NCBI GenBank assembly: GCA_951406725.2
Contig: OX597814.1
Span: forward strand, 40,176,001 to 40,240,000
Direction: 5' to 3'
DNA: 64,000 bases
Source of the DNA: Octopus vulgaris
Taxonomy: Eukaryota
Part shown: positions 14,830 through 28,570 of the stretch, in pieces
Numbering within the stretch: position 1 is the stretch's first letter
Layout of the letters: each line of letters begins with the position of its first letter
The notes under the pieces: generated by a model
What the model was told of the DNA's origin: nothing
The model's input: the letters and a program-made list of their open reading frames with translations, nothing else
Database searches by the model: none
Made by a program: the position numbers and the translations under genes

Positions 14830-16080
14830 AATGACACTCTTGTCTCACGCCATTTCTGTCTGTCGTGTCATCGGCTGCATCGTCTGCCTGTGTTTGGACT
14901 TCCCTTGTATTGAGGTCACCCTGACTCCCTTTCCCGTCGAAAGCAGGAATTTACTTATTCTATGCATTCTCTTGCTGCTAATGATCTTAATCCGTTACTG
15001 TCTTCATCTAAACCCACCAAACCGCACATTCACATAGACACACCACACAGCTCCCACCATCCGCTTTTCCTTCTGCTCCACCCCACACAGCTGCACAAAG
15101 TTAACTATGTTATGTGCGTCACACGCACATCACCCTTCCCTCTCTACATACTAGCACTCAACACCTACCAGTAAACCAATAACTATCCCTTGTCACACAC
15201 ACCCCACCATGCACCTCTGTGCATCTCCCCGTAAACACACACATATACACCAACTAGCCTCACAAACGGACACAAGCGTACTATCACACATACACAAATG
15301 CACAAACACAGAACATCACACACACACACACGCATCAATTACATAACGACAATTTTTTTCCAACAGTCCTATTTTTTCAACAGGCCAACAAGAAGCAGTC
15401 AACACACTCGCTTACTTACACACACGTATACAGACGCACATATACTTTACACATCTTTACACAGATATACATATTATACGCAAACTCATATTCCCGTGCA
15501 TATTCACACGCTCACACACACCCACATAAATACACAGAAAAGATCACCCCACAGAACACTTACTTTTTTACTTAAACACATATAGACACTATCCCATACG
15601 TTCACATGCGTAACATAATATGCTCGTCCACATATACATACACACGCGCTCGCTTTTACACACACACATACACTCACATACGCTCGCTTGCACACGCCAT
15701 TTGCTCACCCCATCTTATTCGGGTAACTTTTGTAATCCCTTCCATTAACCTCTACTTGCCGATCATTTAAGCATGTGGAACTGTTAATTTTGACACAAAT
15801 TTCCTCTCTACATTTTTTTCTCCCTCAGCCCTTTTTCCTGAAAAGTGTAGGCATGAAACTTTAAAGACTTTTCCATTTTCCCCGAGCGTCAAACTAGTAC
15901 ATCTGTTCGCTATGAACCATATGTGTGTGTATGTGGGTGTGTGGGTGTGTGTGTGTGTGTGTAATTAAGATTCAAAATATACATAAGTAACAATGATATC
16001 CAGGTATCTGCATTTTCATTTTTATCATCTCTTTCTCTCGAAAGAGATGCGTAGGCTCGAAACTTTAAAGACTCTTCCAT
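14830..16080 (+). mobile_element. Penelope-like element 3' remnant (GIY-YIG C-terminus, CA-rich tail, eroded hammerhead motifs)
   Basis: RHFCLSCH..LPVFGL..RRKQEF..HSLAANDLN resembles a PLE endonuclease end; motifs gtgtaggcatgaaact (~15845) and gcgtaggctcgaaact (~16050) match the unit at 59843. Confidence 0.6.
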
Positions 16081-16119
16081 TCTATATGCTAAAGTGTGTG
16101 GGAGGGATGGATTATGAGA

Positions 16120-16320
16120 CACATGGCCCGAAATTTATTTTGGGGTGGGGCCAGTCGATAAGATCGACCCAGTACTCAACTGGTACTTAATCTATTGACA
16201 CCGAAACGATGAAAGGCAAAGTCGCCATCAACAGAATTTGAATTCAGAACGTAAAGACAAACGAAATACCGATATGCATTTCGCCCGGCGTGCTAACGTA
16301 TCTGCAAGGTTGCCGCCTTG
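16120..16320 (-). mobile_element. SINE family B copy
   Basis: Reverse complement of the family B unit (gatgaaaggcaaagtc, cgcccggcgtgctaacg, gccgcct). Confidence 0.85.
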
Positions 16321-17499
16321 TATGTGAGGGTTATATGCTAGAGTGTGTGGAGAGGGAAGTGTTATGTGTGCGTGAACATGTGCGTGCATGTAAGCGTGTG
16401 TGGGTGTGTGCTGTGTTTACTGACTTAAACTCTATTATACATTTGATTTACCTCTAATTCAATTATCCCTGACATTCTATTCTATATTTATCCACTTGTA
16501 ACGAGGATAATAATACTTGTTTCTATTTAATATATAATACGTACTCCTACTCAGATGATAATTTAATTCATTTATGAATACATTGTGGAACACTTTATCA
16601 CGACCAACTCAACAATATACTTAGGAATGGCCTGATGAACTTCCTCATATATAGACGTTCCCCATTATAAGGTTTTAAGTTTAACTTCTATCCCTTTTTC
16701 TGTATATTGATCTATAATTCTTTACTAAATTTGATAGATGTTTGCTAAATTATGAATTGCTATATCCCGTATGCCTCATTTCTTATTCCCACCCTTAAAG
16801 ATTATTTTTTACCTCTTTTGTTTTATAATCTAAACAAACCACTTTTATTTGATAATCTAAATAAGGACATGGCACCCCCATACTTCCTTCTAGTTATCAC
16901 CTCTTACCCATTAGTCATTCTCTCACTAGCATCTCTAAAACATATCATTTTATGTAGATAGAGCATAATATGCGGTCCCAGTAAAATAATAGTTGGGTGG
17001 TTGTCTGACATTAATTAATTTATTATCATCTTATAAATAAAAATTAAAATGAATAATTATCACACCACTCCTATATCTTGACCCCATTCTCCTCTGCTAC
17101 TCTCAAAATTATAGTCGGCTTAAATTGATATGCATTATTCTCTGAATTCCTTCTGCCAAAAATTTAATATAAGGAAACAATGTAATTATTTTTGTTTCTA
17201 GTACTGATATAAATTTGTTACAAATGCTTAACTTGGTTTATCCTTTACGTTGCAAATATACATGCTCACCTGCACTGAGTAGAGCAGTGTCTTTAAAATT
17301 GATGTAATGTTTTCATTGACCGATTATATGGAGTCACTTGAAAGGGCAGAATTTCATTGATACCTGGACATCCTTGTTACTTATTTGCATTATATATATA
17401 TATATACTAGTTTCAACAAGTTAAGGTAATGGAAAAGCAGTAAAGTACAACTGCGCTTTCCCTCAGAGCTGTGGGTAGTTTGTAGCCGTGTCATTACTC

Positions 17500-18150
17500 T
17501 TCCTACACTATGTCCCCATGTTGCCTCAAACATATAATCACAGGGTGGGGCAGAGAGGCCGAACGTCTTTGAAAAATTCACAAGACATTAATTTTAGCTG
17601 CAAACAAGTTTTATTGATATCAATGATTTTTGTATTGAATTAGCATTTGTCAAAATAGTGTGTCAAAAACAACATATTTCTTTATTCGTCTTAAGGTGTT
17701 CGTTTTCATCGATGCATTCTGAATGGCATTCTTTGAGGTTGGCCTTCAATCTCCCCAGCATTGTTCTGTACATAGTCCCATGGTTTCAACTGTTTCCCAA
17801 TGATTAGTTTCTACGGCTAGAAATGCAGATCTTCATGCAAAATACGCCTTACTGATCGTTTATGGATACTAAGTTCTGTGGAATGCCTCCGAGTAGAACG
17901 ATTCGGACTCTGTATCAAAGCTTGCCTGACACATAACTGTCGTAGGCAAACACGTGATGGTCTATCGTCCATCGGAAAAGAAAAACAAACGCTAAGACAC
18001 CCCTGACTGAATGGCATGTGTCGAACATGTATCCCTCTCCTCTGGGGCTGAGTAATAGCCATACCAGTAACAGCTCTTTTGGAGGATATGAGATCAGAGT
18101 TTTCTCCTTGAAGCTATGACATATATTACTGTTTTACAAGAGTGTTCCAT
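17500..18150 (-). mobile_element. Tc1/mariner DNA transposon remnant, internally deleted
   Basis: SPNRSTRRHSTELSIHKRSVRRILHEDLHF*P*KL HTH region of the transposase; TIR-like (t)cagggtgggg near 17500. Confidence 0.75.
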
Positions 18151-19019
18151 TGCTGGAATTTAAACTAAAAGTCCTGAGTGTCTGTACTTTTAACTCTGTT
18201 TTTTTTAAAACAAAATAAGTAAAAGAAATTTAGGATTTATGGAATTTTAAAACATTAAACATCTGTTTTCTTCTTCATAATCGTAAGGATTTCCGTTCGT
18301 ACAACACAAATTCGCAAGCATGTTCGGAAAATTTCAAAAGGAAAAAACTATGACAACCTTTTCCGTTCCTTTCCACTATTTAAAATATTTTTAAAAACCG
18401 AAGTTTATAATACGGACAGTCCGAATATTTGGCTTAAAACCCACGATTGTGTGCATCATCATTCCATTAAATGTGTTCAAGAGGTATAACTTTTATGATT
18501 TTTATGAATGTACACAGGAGCTTAAATATTTCTCGATACATTGTATTGTTTCATAAGAGCATGTGGAAACGGAGTTATTTAGCAACGTGTAGCTCTTAAA
18601 ATTCTTTTAACAAACTTTCAATGTTTATGTTATTTCTTGAAGAGTAGTTTTGATAAATATCTTCCCAATAGTTTGTTTTAAAATGTTGCAGCTAATTGTC
18701 TAGATTGTAAGGGTCACATGCAGCAATGCTAGCAGCTATTACCAAATATTGTCACTCTACAGATATGCATACGAAGTGTTACATTTTGAGAAAGGTACAT
18801 TCAATGTAAATCTCTGCATGTTACAGTGTTTCGTATCACATTATTCCCACAAATTTTCCTATCCTGCTTTTCCATTTCGTCGAGAAGTGCTGCTAAATAC
18901 GATATAAGATTTTCTGCTTTTTGACATACAATATTTCAAGGCGTTTGCGTTATTATTGCGATTTTTCTTGAAACTATTTTGTGTTATACTAATGTAATTG
19001 TAATATATTTCAGTGAGAA

Positions 19020-19230
19020 GAAGGTGGTAAACAGTCAGACTCGTTAGCACGCTCGGCAACGTATTTATCCATACTTCGTACGGATTTATTTTCTGAGTTC
19101 AAATTCCACCGAGATCGACTTTGCCTTTCATTCTTTTGGGTCGGTGAAATAAATAACAGTTGAGCACTGAAGTCGATGTAATCGACTTCTCGACTCCCTC
19201 GAACTTCCTGGACCTGTCGCAAAATTTGCA
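19020..19230 (+). mobile_element. SINE family B copy, diverged
   Basis: gttagcacg, tctgagttcaaattccaccgag, gactttgcctttcattcttttggg. Confidence 0.8.
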
Positions 19231-19479
19231 ATCAATATCTTTGTATACACAACAGTCAGTGCTCTTCAATAGCAACAAAGCTGCAGCACACGTCCTAACG
19301 AAATTACTAAAGCTAAAATGATGTAATCCATGTTGGCAAAACAACTTCGAGAAGTATCAACAAACTGCGCCACCCTATTGGATTGTAGACAGCAATATTA
19401 AAATGGAAGATAAATAATGATTTCACACCTCACCAATTATATCTTACGCAAAAACATTACAACCTTCATGCTGAGCTCT

Positions 19480-20250
19480 TGAAGGAAAGTTAATTTGTCT
19501 GAAGCACAAGTTGAGGAGGCAGACAAAATAATTCGTTATTACATAATTGTATGAACTTTTATAAATCAAAAGCCTGTTCGGTATCCACAAGCATTATGCA
19601 GGGAGATGAAGAATGTAAATCTCACTGTTATGAAATCCCGTTCACAAGACAATCTTGCCTTATTTTCCTTCTGAGAACGGGGACAAAAGTAACATTTCAA
19701 TAAGAGTGCATCATGGATAATGTTATCGATATAACTTTAACATTATCGTCAGTAAAACTTGCACAGCTAAATTTGAAATATTCACTATAGCTGGAGGCAA
19801 ACTACATAATGAGATGTATCTGGAAGGGACATAGCAATCCCATACTGGCACGCGAATCTGAACCAAGACAGAAAGTCGTTAATATGTATAATCAAGAGAA
19901 TTATAGAAAACCAGTCTGACATACTTTGTATAACTTTGATGAGTCTTATGCTCAAGAATGACAACACCGAAGTTACAGAAATCTATAACTCATTGTTTGC
20001 TTAAACATTTTATAAAAACCTTACACAAGTTTCCTCATCTAATTCCTCCAAGGTCATTTTGTGTCGAACAACGTAGCTACCGTTGAGGCTTGGAAAACAT
20101 TTGACAAACACAGCTGTTTTGTCAGAAGGAAGGGAAGACCTTAGATACTTGGAAACTGCATGACTTGATTACACTAAAACATTCGAATCTATTCCTCGCC
20201 CATGGTTACTGAACTCTATGTACTTAGCAAAAGTGCATTCAGCCTTTCTA
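19480..20250 (+). mobile_element. Highly decayed Dong/R4-like RT fragment
   Basis: LETA*LDYTKTFESIPRPWLL at about 20149-20210 matches the RT motif WIDYKKAFDSVPHSW; left boundary approximate. Confidence 0.55.
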
Positions 20251-20639
20251 CTATTGAGCTAAAACACCTGTGCAAAAATCCACAGACTACCGAGAATGGA
20301 ACCACTGTTTCCACTCTACTTATGTAAATTTTAGATTTCATCCTTTATCATTCAATAATAAAAGCTACATGCCAGGGAATGCAACTCTTCGACAAACCAA
20401 CGGAACACATCACGTTGTAAAAAGTCCCAAGAACTATAATTAAAACGTTTATAATGGCAAAAATCATTCTGATTTCACATTTCAAGCAGATGTAGGAATG
20501 GAATTTGACTAAATAGTGTGTTGACAATTGATATTTAAACGTTAAAACCAATCCCCAAAATCCCTAAAATTTGAATCAACAATTTCTTTATCTCAATTCC
20601 CCCAATAACGAAACGTTAAGATATATTATCTTACAAAGG

Positions 20640-22115
20640 TGCCATATGGACAAAGATTCCATATAGACTACATGATTAATTTACTGGTCAAATATATTAT
20701 ACCCTCTCGTAGAATTATTCAGTCGTGTGGATAAAGCAAACAGAGCGAGGCAGAATAGTGATGGCGATAATGAGTCACCTTGAATGATCCCACAGGCGAG
20801 ATTGATGTCTAGTAGGATAGTATATCCTTGTGTATGACTTAAAATGGGGGTGGTTCTCCACGAATTCAATATTATTTTTTAAAATTTCACAATTGTTGGA
20901 GCTATCTTCTAAATTTCCAGGGCATTGAAGATCAATGAATGGGAGACACTCTCAAAAGCCTTTTGTAATTTATCCAGACAGTACTAATGTCTCTTCGTTT
21001 GGATTTGCAATTTTCAGTGATACTTTTAGTTATCAGTAATTGGTTATATTGGTCCTTACATCAATATGAACTCTTTTACATCCCTTTTGTTCCACTGGGA
21101 ATAACTTCCTCTTGTCCAAGAATCCATATGTTCTATTCGCTATTATAGATATTAATAGTTTATATATGGTCGTGAGGCATGTTATGCGTCGGTATTTTGT
21201 GGGGTTAGTATAACTTCTGTTTTTTGTAAGAGATATGAAATCATTTCTGTAAGCCACTTTGGGGCTTTCGCAGTGTTGGGCATGACTTCACTGGGTGCTA
21301 CGACTAAGTTGTAGTGGTTGCACATTAAAGAGCTTAGCCAAAAATTTGTAATATATATATGGGTATTTCATCTCTTTGTCTTGGCGCGGGGGCATTCAAT
21401 TCATCAGCAGTTATATCCTGCCAGTCTTGATATTTGAGTTGGGCATTGGCCTCTTCTATGTCCCTGATGCAATGCGCATTCTGATTAAATTCCCTTGGAT
21501 TACTCCAAATGTTTTTACAAAACAAATAATTTGCTACTGATGAGGTGTTTTTCCCAAAAAAATAATTTGCTACTGAGGAGGTGTTTTTCCAATAATGGTA
21601 CTTTTCTCCAGTTCCCTTTAGACGTTTTTGTGTTCTTGAATAGTATGTTTTGTCCATGGAATGCCGAACGCTTTTTGTATCTTGTTAGTCCTTTGGTTTT
21701 TAATTGTAGTCTTTGTTTAAGTATCTCTGTCTGCAAAGGTAATGATTAGCAATGATTCTCATTAGTTTGATGGGTTTTCTAGTTTTCCCTTCGCTTGCTT
21801 CAACTAGAAAATATATATCTGCTTTTAGTTGGATTATTTGCCGGTTTAATCTCTCTATCCATCCAGGCTGTTTGTGTACATTGCACATTTTTTTCTATCT
21901 TTAATTTTAATACCGCATTTTTGAGTTACAACTTAAGCATATGAGTAAATGATTTGATCAATCATTTCGAGGGCATTTCCTCCACTATTCTCAAGGAGTT
22001 CTCTTATCAGCTATCCGTTATTATTATTATCATTATTATTCCTTTTTTTTCTCTTCTTTCAAATTTGCTTCCATTTCTTGCCGAGTGTCTTCCCGACTCC
22101 TAGGGCAAAGAAACT
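20640..22115 (-). mobile_element. Dong/R4-type LINE fragment (N-terminal region and RT), plus a short 3'-end-like piece
   Basis: KYRRITCLTTIYKLL, EQKGCK, KAFESVSHS, GIIQGDSLSPSLFCLAL; abuts (TTA)n. Confidence 0.88.
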
Positions 22116-22160
22116 CATAGTATACATTGGTAGGCCATTAAACCAAACTCAATAGTTCGT

Positions 22161-22230
<70 letters not shown>

Positions 22231-22477
22231 CACCATCATCATTATCATTAGTATTATTAGTATTATTAGTATTGCTGTTGTTGTTGTTGTTGTTGTTCTT
22301 ATTATTATTATTAAGTATTAATCTTATTATTACTTTCAATTATATCATTAATATTAATTGTAATATTGTCATTATTTGCAGTATTAGAATTATTAGTATT
22401 AGTACTGTTATTGTTTGATCAATCAATAGGGAAATGCATTTGGTCAGAGTGAAATGTCACTTGACTAGTGCACACTT

Positions 22478-23300
22478 CAAGAAGGATTGCGTGGAATATA
22501 TCACTTAGCCTATCGGTTTAAAACAAAGGAAAGCCTCTTCCGTTTTCAGTTAATCGATAGGTTTTCGATTGATTGTAACTGATCATCAATAAAACTCTGA
22601 GGTTTCTACATCTATAATTCATATCAAAGACAATGAAATAGATATTAGTTAATTCGTATGAGAACTGATTTACAACTCTTTGGAAGGAATGTTTATATTA
22701 TTCCAATTTAAGTTTATTTGATTGAGAGAATATACACCATCATGGATATCCAGAAAATATAACATATTAAATTTATAAGTTCCATAGACTAATACATTAA
22801 CTTTGGTATTTTTCTTAAGTTAACATTGATGGAATTAGTATCACATTGTCCCGCTTTAGCGTAGAACTCGAAGTTCGTATAAAAGTGAGATTATTAGATG
22901 TGATTGATTATAGTACTGACACAACTGGTTAGTAAATTAGGATGCTGCATCAATAAAGAGAAAGCGATATTGATTTGTATTGGGCCATGTTGATATATGT
23001 TTCCTGGTTATGTGTTTGATTTAATTTCATTTCCTGCTACCTGCTGCGCTCCTTTACTGACAGAAAAGTTTTAAAGGCGTCTGTATTGTTATATTGTTTA
23101 AACAGTCTAGTAACTTCATTTTGTGGGTTAATCAAGAATGCATTACTGGTTTTTCACGCCACTATCTTTTGTTACAATTGATTATTTGTATGCTATTTTA
23201 TCGAAACCCAGTGTGATTGCGTTTTTCATCACATGTTAATCGGCAGATATGTTGTAGATTGTTTTACTACTAATTATTAGGATAGCGACTAACACGTGGT
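22478..23300 (+). pseudogene. Decayed ionotropic glutamate receptor/IR-like sequence P1, apparently intronless
   Basis: Collinear by-eye matches: QEGLRGIYHL (ATD end, 22478), SLEGMFI (~22677), TLMELVSHCPALA (~22823), RLLDVIDYS (~22888), IDLYWAMLIYVSWLCV (M1, ~22969), LNSLVTSFCGLIK (pore, ~23098), IAFFIT (M3, ~23216). Many stops and frameshifts. Confidence 0.55.
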
Positions 23301-23762
23301 GTAAAGAAAAGCTTCTCTGTCACCTGAATTTTATCTATAAATCTATTCAGAGCTGTAACGATTTAAAGATAATAGAAGCCTAGACATATAAATATGTAGC
23401 ACTTACTTTCGCTTACTATCAAACTACATTCAAACGAAACGCACATTCAAGCCATGTATAATTTTATCGCAACACGGTCAGAGACGAAATTATACATAAT
23501 TTTATGCATACGATTAACTTACCTAAATAATCCCACAGTTACACTCTCTTAAGTTTATATAGAAAGAGTAACTAATAAAGAATCTAACTGTCTATCAATC
23601 AGTCAATATTTTATATTTCTGCAAGTCTCTAGCGACCTATCAGCTTCATGAATGTGAGGGTGTGTCTGTACATGCACGAGTTTCTATTTCAGTATCTGTC
23701 TCGCATACCACTATTTCTTCTCTATTTCTCTTTCTCTATCTCTCTTCTCTCTTTCTCTCTCT

Positions 23763-23793
<31 letters not shown>

Positions 23794-23964
23794 GGGATCA
23801 TAGCTGCTTCTAAATTTGCCTGTGAATAGAAGATCTGTGGTTATGTTTGCTTCAGAAGTGGTCACATGTCATTTTATACGCATAATATACCGTCACCCCA
23901 AATAAAATGGTAGTATATTGTGAGTTCACTGGAAAACACTATTATACAGGTCAGCTAGAAAGAC

Positions 23965-26900
23965 GGCTAAATTAGTTGAATATTTATCCAATATGCCAGA
24001 ATACTATGGAGTTTCGCCCCTAGTTAATGTAAAATAGTTTTGTTGAATTCAGCCTATTAAATTTCCTGTCAAATTGATCAAATAGACTACAGTGTATATC
24101 ATTCCACAAATTCACATCTTAGGCAATAGTTTAAGCATTGAATCAGACATTATGCCGGCTAATCACCACCTATAAATATCCAAATTTGTACACAGCACAA
24201 AACATAACCTCTCGTATTCCGATTACACCTAGCTATTGTTTGAAAGTTTCTGTATACAGAAAAATAATAATTATCATCGTTCCCGTAGATGAAGAAACGT
24301 ACGGGGTGAATTTCTATAATAAAAGAAAGCCCAGATAATGAGGATGATTTATTGAGTGACAATGTTCTGTACATAAAGATTCGGTTGAACAATAATTACT
24401 AGATGGGGTACATCTTATATTAGCTGATCAAATAACATGCTTCATATGTATAGATTTGTCGTAAATATGCGCATTTTGGGTAATCGAATTTTATCCATGC
24501 CGTTGAAACAGAAATTTGTTTTTTCATGCGAATAAAATAAAGAGTAAATATTTTACCAATATATTATTTCCAGTATGTTTGCTGCAAAGACATAGAACAT
24601 GCACATAGAGCATCTGCTACTTAGTAGCTATTATGAAGGTACCAGATCCGAAACACTTCACTGCTGAGAAGTATTTCATTTCCAAGTACAGAGTATAGAG
24701 GACGATACTTGCTTCATCAGCTGGCAACCAATATATGGTTTATCCCTATCAATTTGAAAATGTTATATCCTTTACATCGAGCGAAAAAGTAAGAGTATGT
24801 TGTTCACTAGAATGACATATAAGTGGCTGGTTATCACACAAGAACATTCGCAACACACCCTTCTATTTGCCGATGATGTCAAACTGGTCGCTCCTCGCGG
24901 TGATATAGATGATCTTCGTCGATGCCTCCACCAATCTTGGATATGGTCTAACGAATGGGACCTTGTCTCAACGTGTCAAGGTGCTGTCATCTGCCTGTTG
25001 GCTCTTCTCCTGCAACTCAACTTGATTTCGAGCTGGGTCGTCTGCTGCTGGAGAGGACCGACCAGGTAAAGGACCTGGGTATCTTGGTGGATTCTTCCTT
25101 TTCGCCTTCGGCCCAGTGCGTCCATGCTGCCAACAAAGCGCGCGGAATTCTGTTCTTGATTCGACGGTCATTCGGAATGCTCACAGCAGCCATATTCCTA
25201 CCGCTCTATGTCACGCTGGTGAGACCCATATTGGAGTACGGGATTCAAGCCTCTTCTCCTTATCTCCCCAAAGACATACATCATCTCGAAAGAGTTCAGA
25301 AGCTGACAACCCGCATGGTTCTTGGTCTCAGGCATTTGTCTTATGAAGACAGACAGAAGACGCTCGATCTTTATTCTCTAGAAAAACGATGACGCTATGG
25401 TGATCTCATTCTTGCTCACAACATCATAAGCGGAAAGTGCAACCTCTCGAAAGAGCTGTTCTTCACTCCTGCTCCAGAGCGTCGGCTGCGGGGTCACTCC
25501 GAAAAGCTCTATCTGCGACGATTTCATCTCAATCGAAGGAGAGGGGCTTTCTCCGTTCGGGTTGCAGATCCCTGGAATAAGCTGCCGGACGAGAATGGGA
25601 AGATGCCGACGACCGCTCGGTTCAAAGTCTCCCTTCACCACAAATGGCCTGAACTCTTTGCATGAACACCACCCTGTACATAACTCCATATCCCCCTACA
25701 TGGCCTTGCTTTTTGCTTTTTGAACCAAAAAATTAACTTAACTTAACTTAACTTAACTTAACTGTTACATGATACTCAGAAAGAATCAGCAAAGATAGGC
25801 TCTCGTGACTGCGAAGCGAACTTCTAACCATTTGTTTCGATGAGACGTCTCTCTTCGTTTACTTCTTTCTTTCTATATGGCATGGTGGTGGTGGTTTGTG
25901 TGTGTCGGGTGTGTGCATGCATTTTAGAATCAATATAAATGTATCAGTCGCATACAATGTGTTTATTTTAAACCTTTTATCGAACAAGATTCATAACATC
26001 GAAATAATATAAACTCTTCTATTCTGTTTACTCATATATATTCAGGTATCGAAAGTCAATATTGTCTCCTGTTTCACTGTTTGTCACTCATAGCTTGAAA
26101 ATGCTCCAATATATATTTCTATCCCTTTCAGTACCAAAAGAGTAATTGATAAGTTGTGCACAGTCATGACTGTCATATTTTATGTAATGAGAAATTGTTG
26201 TTGACAAAAATATCAATGAATGATAGACATTAAAATCTTAACGGGAAATAAAATTTTATGAAGTGTTTTAAAAATCAGTAAATGAATAATGCATGTATCA
26301 CTAGTCGTCGAAATGTTAACGGTAATAAATAAATACCAGCTGTTGTAAGACTGAGAAGAGAAACTACATGTTACCATTGAAATCCAATGTGTGCGAATTT
26401 TTCACTTAACTTCGAGACATCATGAATAATGATTATTGAACAATTTGTTCAAATTGATTAAAATGTCCCCACATTAACTTTGTATAGTCATTTTTTTTTA
26501 TTTACCCACTCGCCAGAGATATTGATTCATTTTGCCTACATTGACAACACTTTGGATGTAGTTAAAATCGATATAATCAATGGGTCTACTTTAATTTCAC
26601 TTACGCCATATGCTTTGTGAGGATCAATAAATTTACCTGAAGAAAATTTTAAACACCGACGTGTTACAAACTTCATTCCGTTTACCATAATACAATGCAT
26701 CAGTTACCGTTTCGAAGTGCACATCCAGGAGCAAATGATCGTAAAGCTTTAATGTAAACTAAGAATTAAAGTAATAATTTATTTTTATTCCTATCAAATC
26801 ATATACATTAGATAATGAAACAGCATTGGATTTTAGGTTAATTAGCACTGTAACTACAGTATATCAAGTTCTTCTGGTATCGATTATAAATGTATTTCAA

Positions 26901-27175
26901 TGTAAATAAGGTATCATTAAGTAACTCTTTGTTCTGAGTTCGAGTGTCACCGAAGTTGTCTTAACCTTACTTCAACACGAAATAGATAAAATTGTAACAG
27001 TTGAGCACTTTCGTTATGGTGTGGAATTGTTTTGACGGGAAAGTGGTAAAGTTTAATTCAAACGTACTCAATACAGAGAGCCATAATTATTGAAATATTG
27101 TGTTGTCAGTTAGTCTCCGAATTGATTTTCATTGTCTGTATTACAAGTCCAACATTGCTATTCGCTGTATTCTAG
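23965..27175 (-). pseudogene. Decayed multi-exon iGluR/IR-like gene P2, interrupted by a CR1 LINE
   Basis: FRRLTDNTIFNNYG (~27100), YTVVTVL (~26850), exon 26506-26636 GKFID...ISGEW|gt, IEIYIGAF/NIDFRY (~26050-26125), LEVRFAVTRAYLC (M1, ~25800), GCQLMKQ (pore, ~24720), SFIIE..RFFIY..NTRGY (S2, 24200-24330), EFNKTILH*LGAKLHSILAYW (~23985-24050). Confidence 0.62.
24845..25762 (+). mobile_element. CR1-group LINE, 5'-truncated, with (AACTT)n tail
   Basis: LFADDVKLV, VKDLGILVD, LYVTLVRPILEYG, LERVQK, LRGHSEKL; pentamer tail at about 25735-25762. Confidence 0.93.
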
Positions 27176-27342
27176 AAAACATATTTTAGAGATAGTGTTT
27201 CTCAACAGAGTGTAGGGCAGAATGCAGTGCATGCGAAATAATTTATATTGACTCTATGTTCGGATAAAAAATTGAATAGGGCACTTCTAATACATTGTGA
27301 GTTATCTTGCGTCTGTTTATGTGTCTATCGCAATCTCTGAAT

Positions 27343-27380
<38 letters not shown>

Positions 27381-27401
27381 CTATCTATCTATCTAGCTAC
27401 C

Positions 27402-27548
27402 TGGCTTCCCAACCACATGGTTCCTGGTTCAGACCTACTGCGTAACACCATCGGCAAGTGTCTTCTACTATAGCCTCAGGCTGACCAAAGCCGTGTGAGT
27501 GGATTTGGTAGACAGAAACTGGGAGAAACCTGTCGTGTATATATATAT
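27402..27548 (+). mobile_element. SINE family A 5' fragment
   Basis: ccaaccacatggttcctggttcag...gtgagtggatttggtagac. Confidence 0.85.
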
Positions 27549-27549
27549 T

Positions 27550-27969
27550 CTTTATTTTCTTTCCTGTTACTTGTTTTAGTCATGTGACTGCAGCCATGCT
27601 GGAGGTACCGCCTTTAGTCTAAGAAATCGATCCCAGGACTAAATCTTCGTAAGCCTAGTACTTATTCTATCGTTCATTTTTGGCACACCGCTAAGTTACG
27701 GGGACGTAAGCACGCCAGAATTGGTTGTCAAGCGATGTTGGGGGAGAACAACGCAAACGCACAAACATATACACTCACTCCCACCAACATATATATGTAT
27801 ATATACGTCGGGTGTCTTTCGGCTTTCGTCTACCAGATCCACTCACAAGTCTTTGATCAGCCCGATGATATAGTAGAAGGCAATTGCACCAGTTCCCACG
27901 CAGCGGGACTGATTCCGGAACCATGTGGTTGGTAAGCAAGCCACTTCCCACACAGCCACTCCCGCACCT
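27550..27969 (-). mobile_element. SINE family A full copy
   Basis: Reverse complement of the family A head and tail. Confidence 0.88.
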
Positions 27970-28156
27970 ATGATATATCTAAGAGTGTGTGAAGAAACGA
28001 AAAACAAAAAAAAAAAATATTGAACACATTTAGTTAGAGTTACATTTATATTTCAAAACAGTTTGATTCGGTTCCATGTGATATAGAGTTTCTGAGGATT
28101 CTAATCAAAGCACATCTATTTCACATTTTGGGTTACCGAAAGGAGAAATACAAGTA

Positions 28157-28570
28157 GTCGGCGAGCTGGCAGAAACGTTAGCACGTCGGGCGAAATGCTT
28201 AGCAGTAACTCGTCTGCCGCTACTTTCTGATTTCAAATTCCGTCGAGGTCGACTTTGCCTTTCATCCTTTCGGGATCGATTAAATAAGTACCAGTTACAC
28301 ACTGGGGTCGATATAATCGCATTAATCCGTTTGTCTGTCCTTGTTTGTCCTCTCTGTGTTTAGCCCCTTGTGGGTAGTAAAGAAATAAGTATTTCGTCTG
28401 CCGTTACGTTCTGAGTTCAAATTCCGCCGAGGTCGACTTTGCCTTTCATCCTTTCGGAGTCCATCAATTGAGTAACAGCTACGCAATGGTATCGATGTAA
28501 TAGACTTAATCCGTTTTTCTGTCCTTGTTTGTCCCTCTATGTTTAGCCCCTTGTGGGCAATAAAAAAATA
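28157..28570 (+). mobile_element. SINE family B dimer with 13-bp TSD
   Basis: Two tandem units; AGAAATACAAGTA at 28144-28156 and 28571-28583. Confidence 0.92.

Noticed and set aside
16628-16670. CTGATGA in a T-rich pLTR-like region
   Set aside because: No helix II-GAAA-helix III arrangement found.
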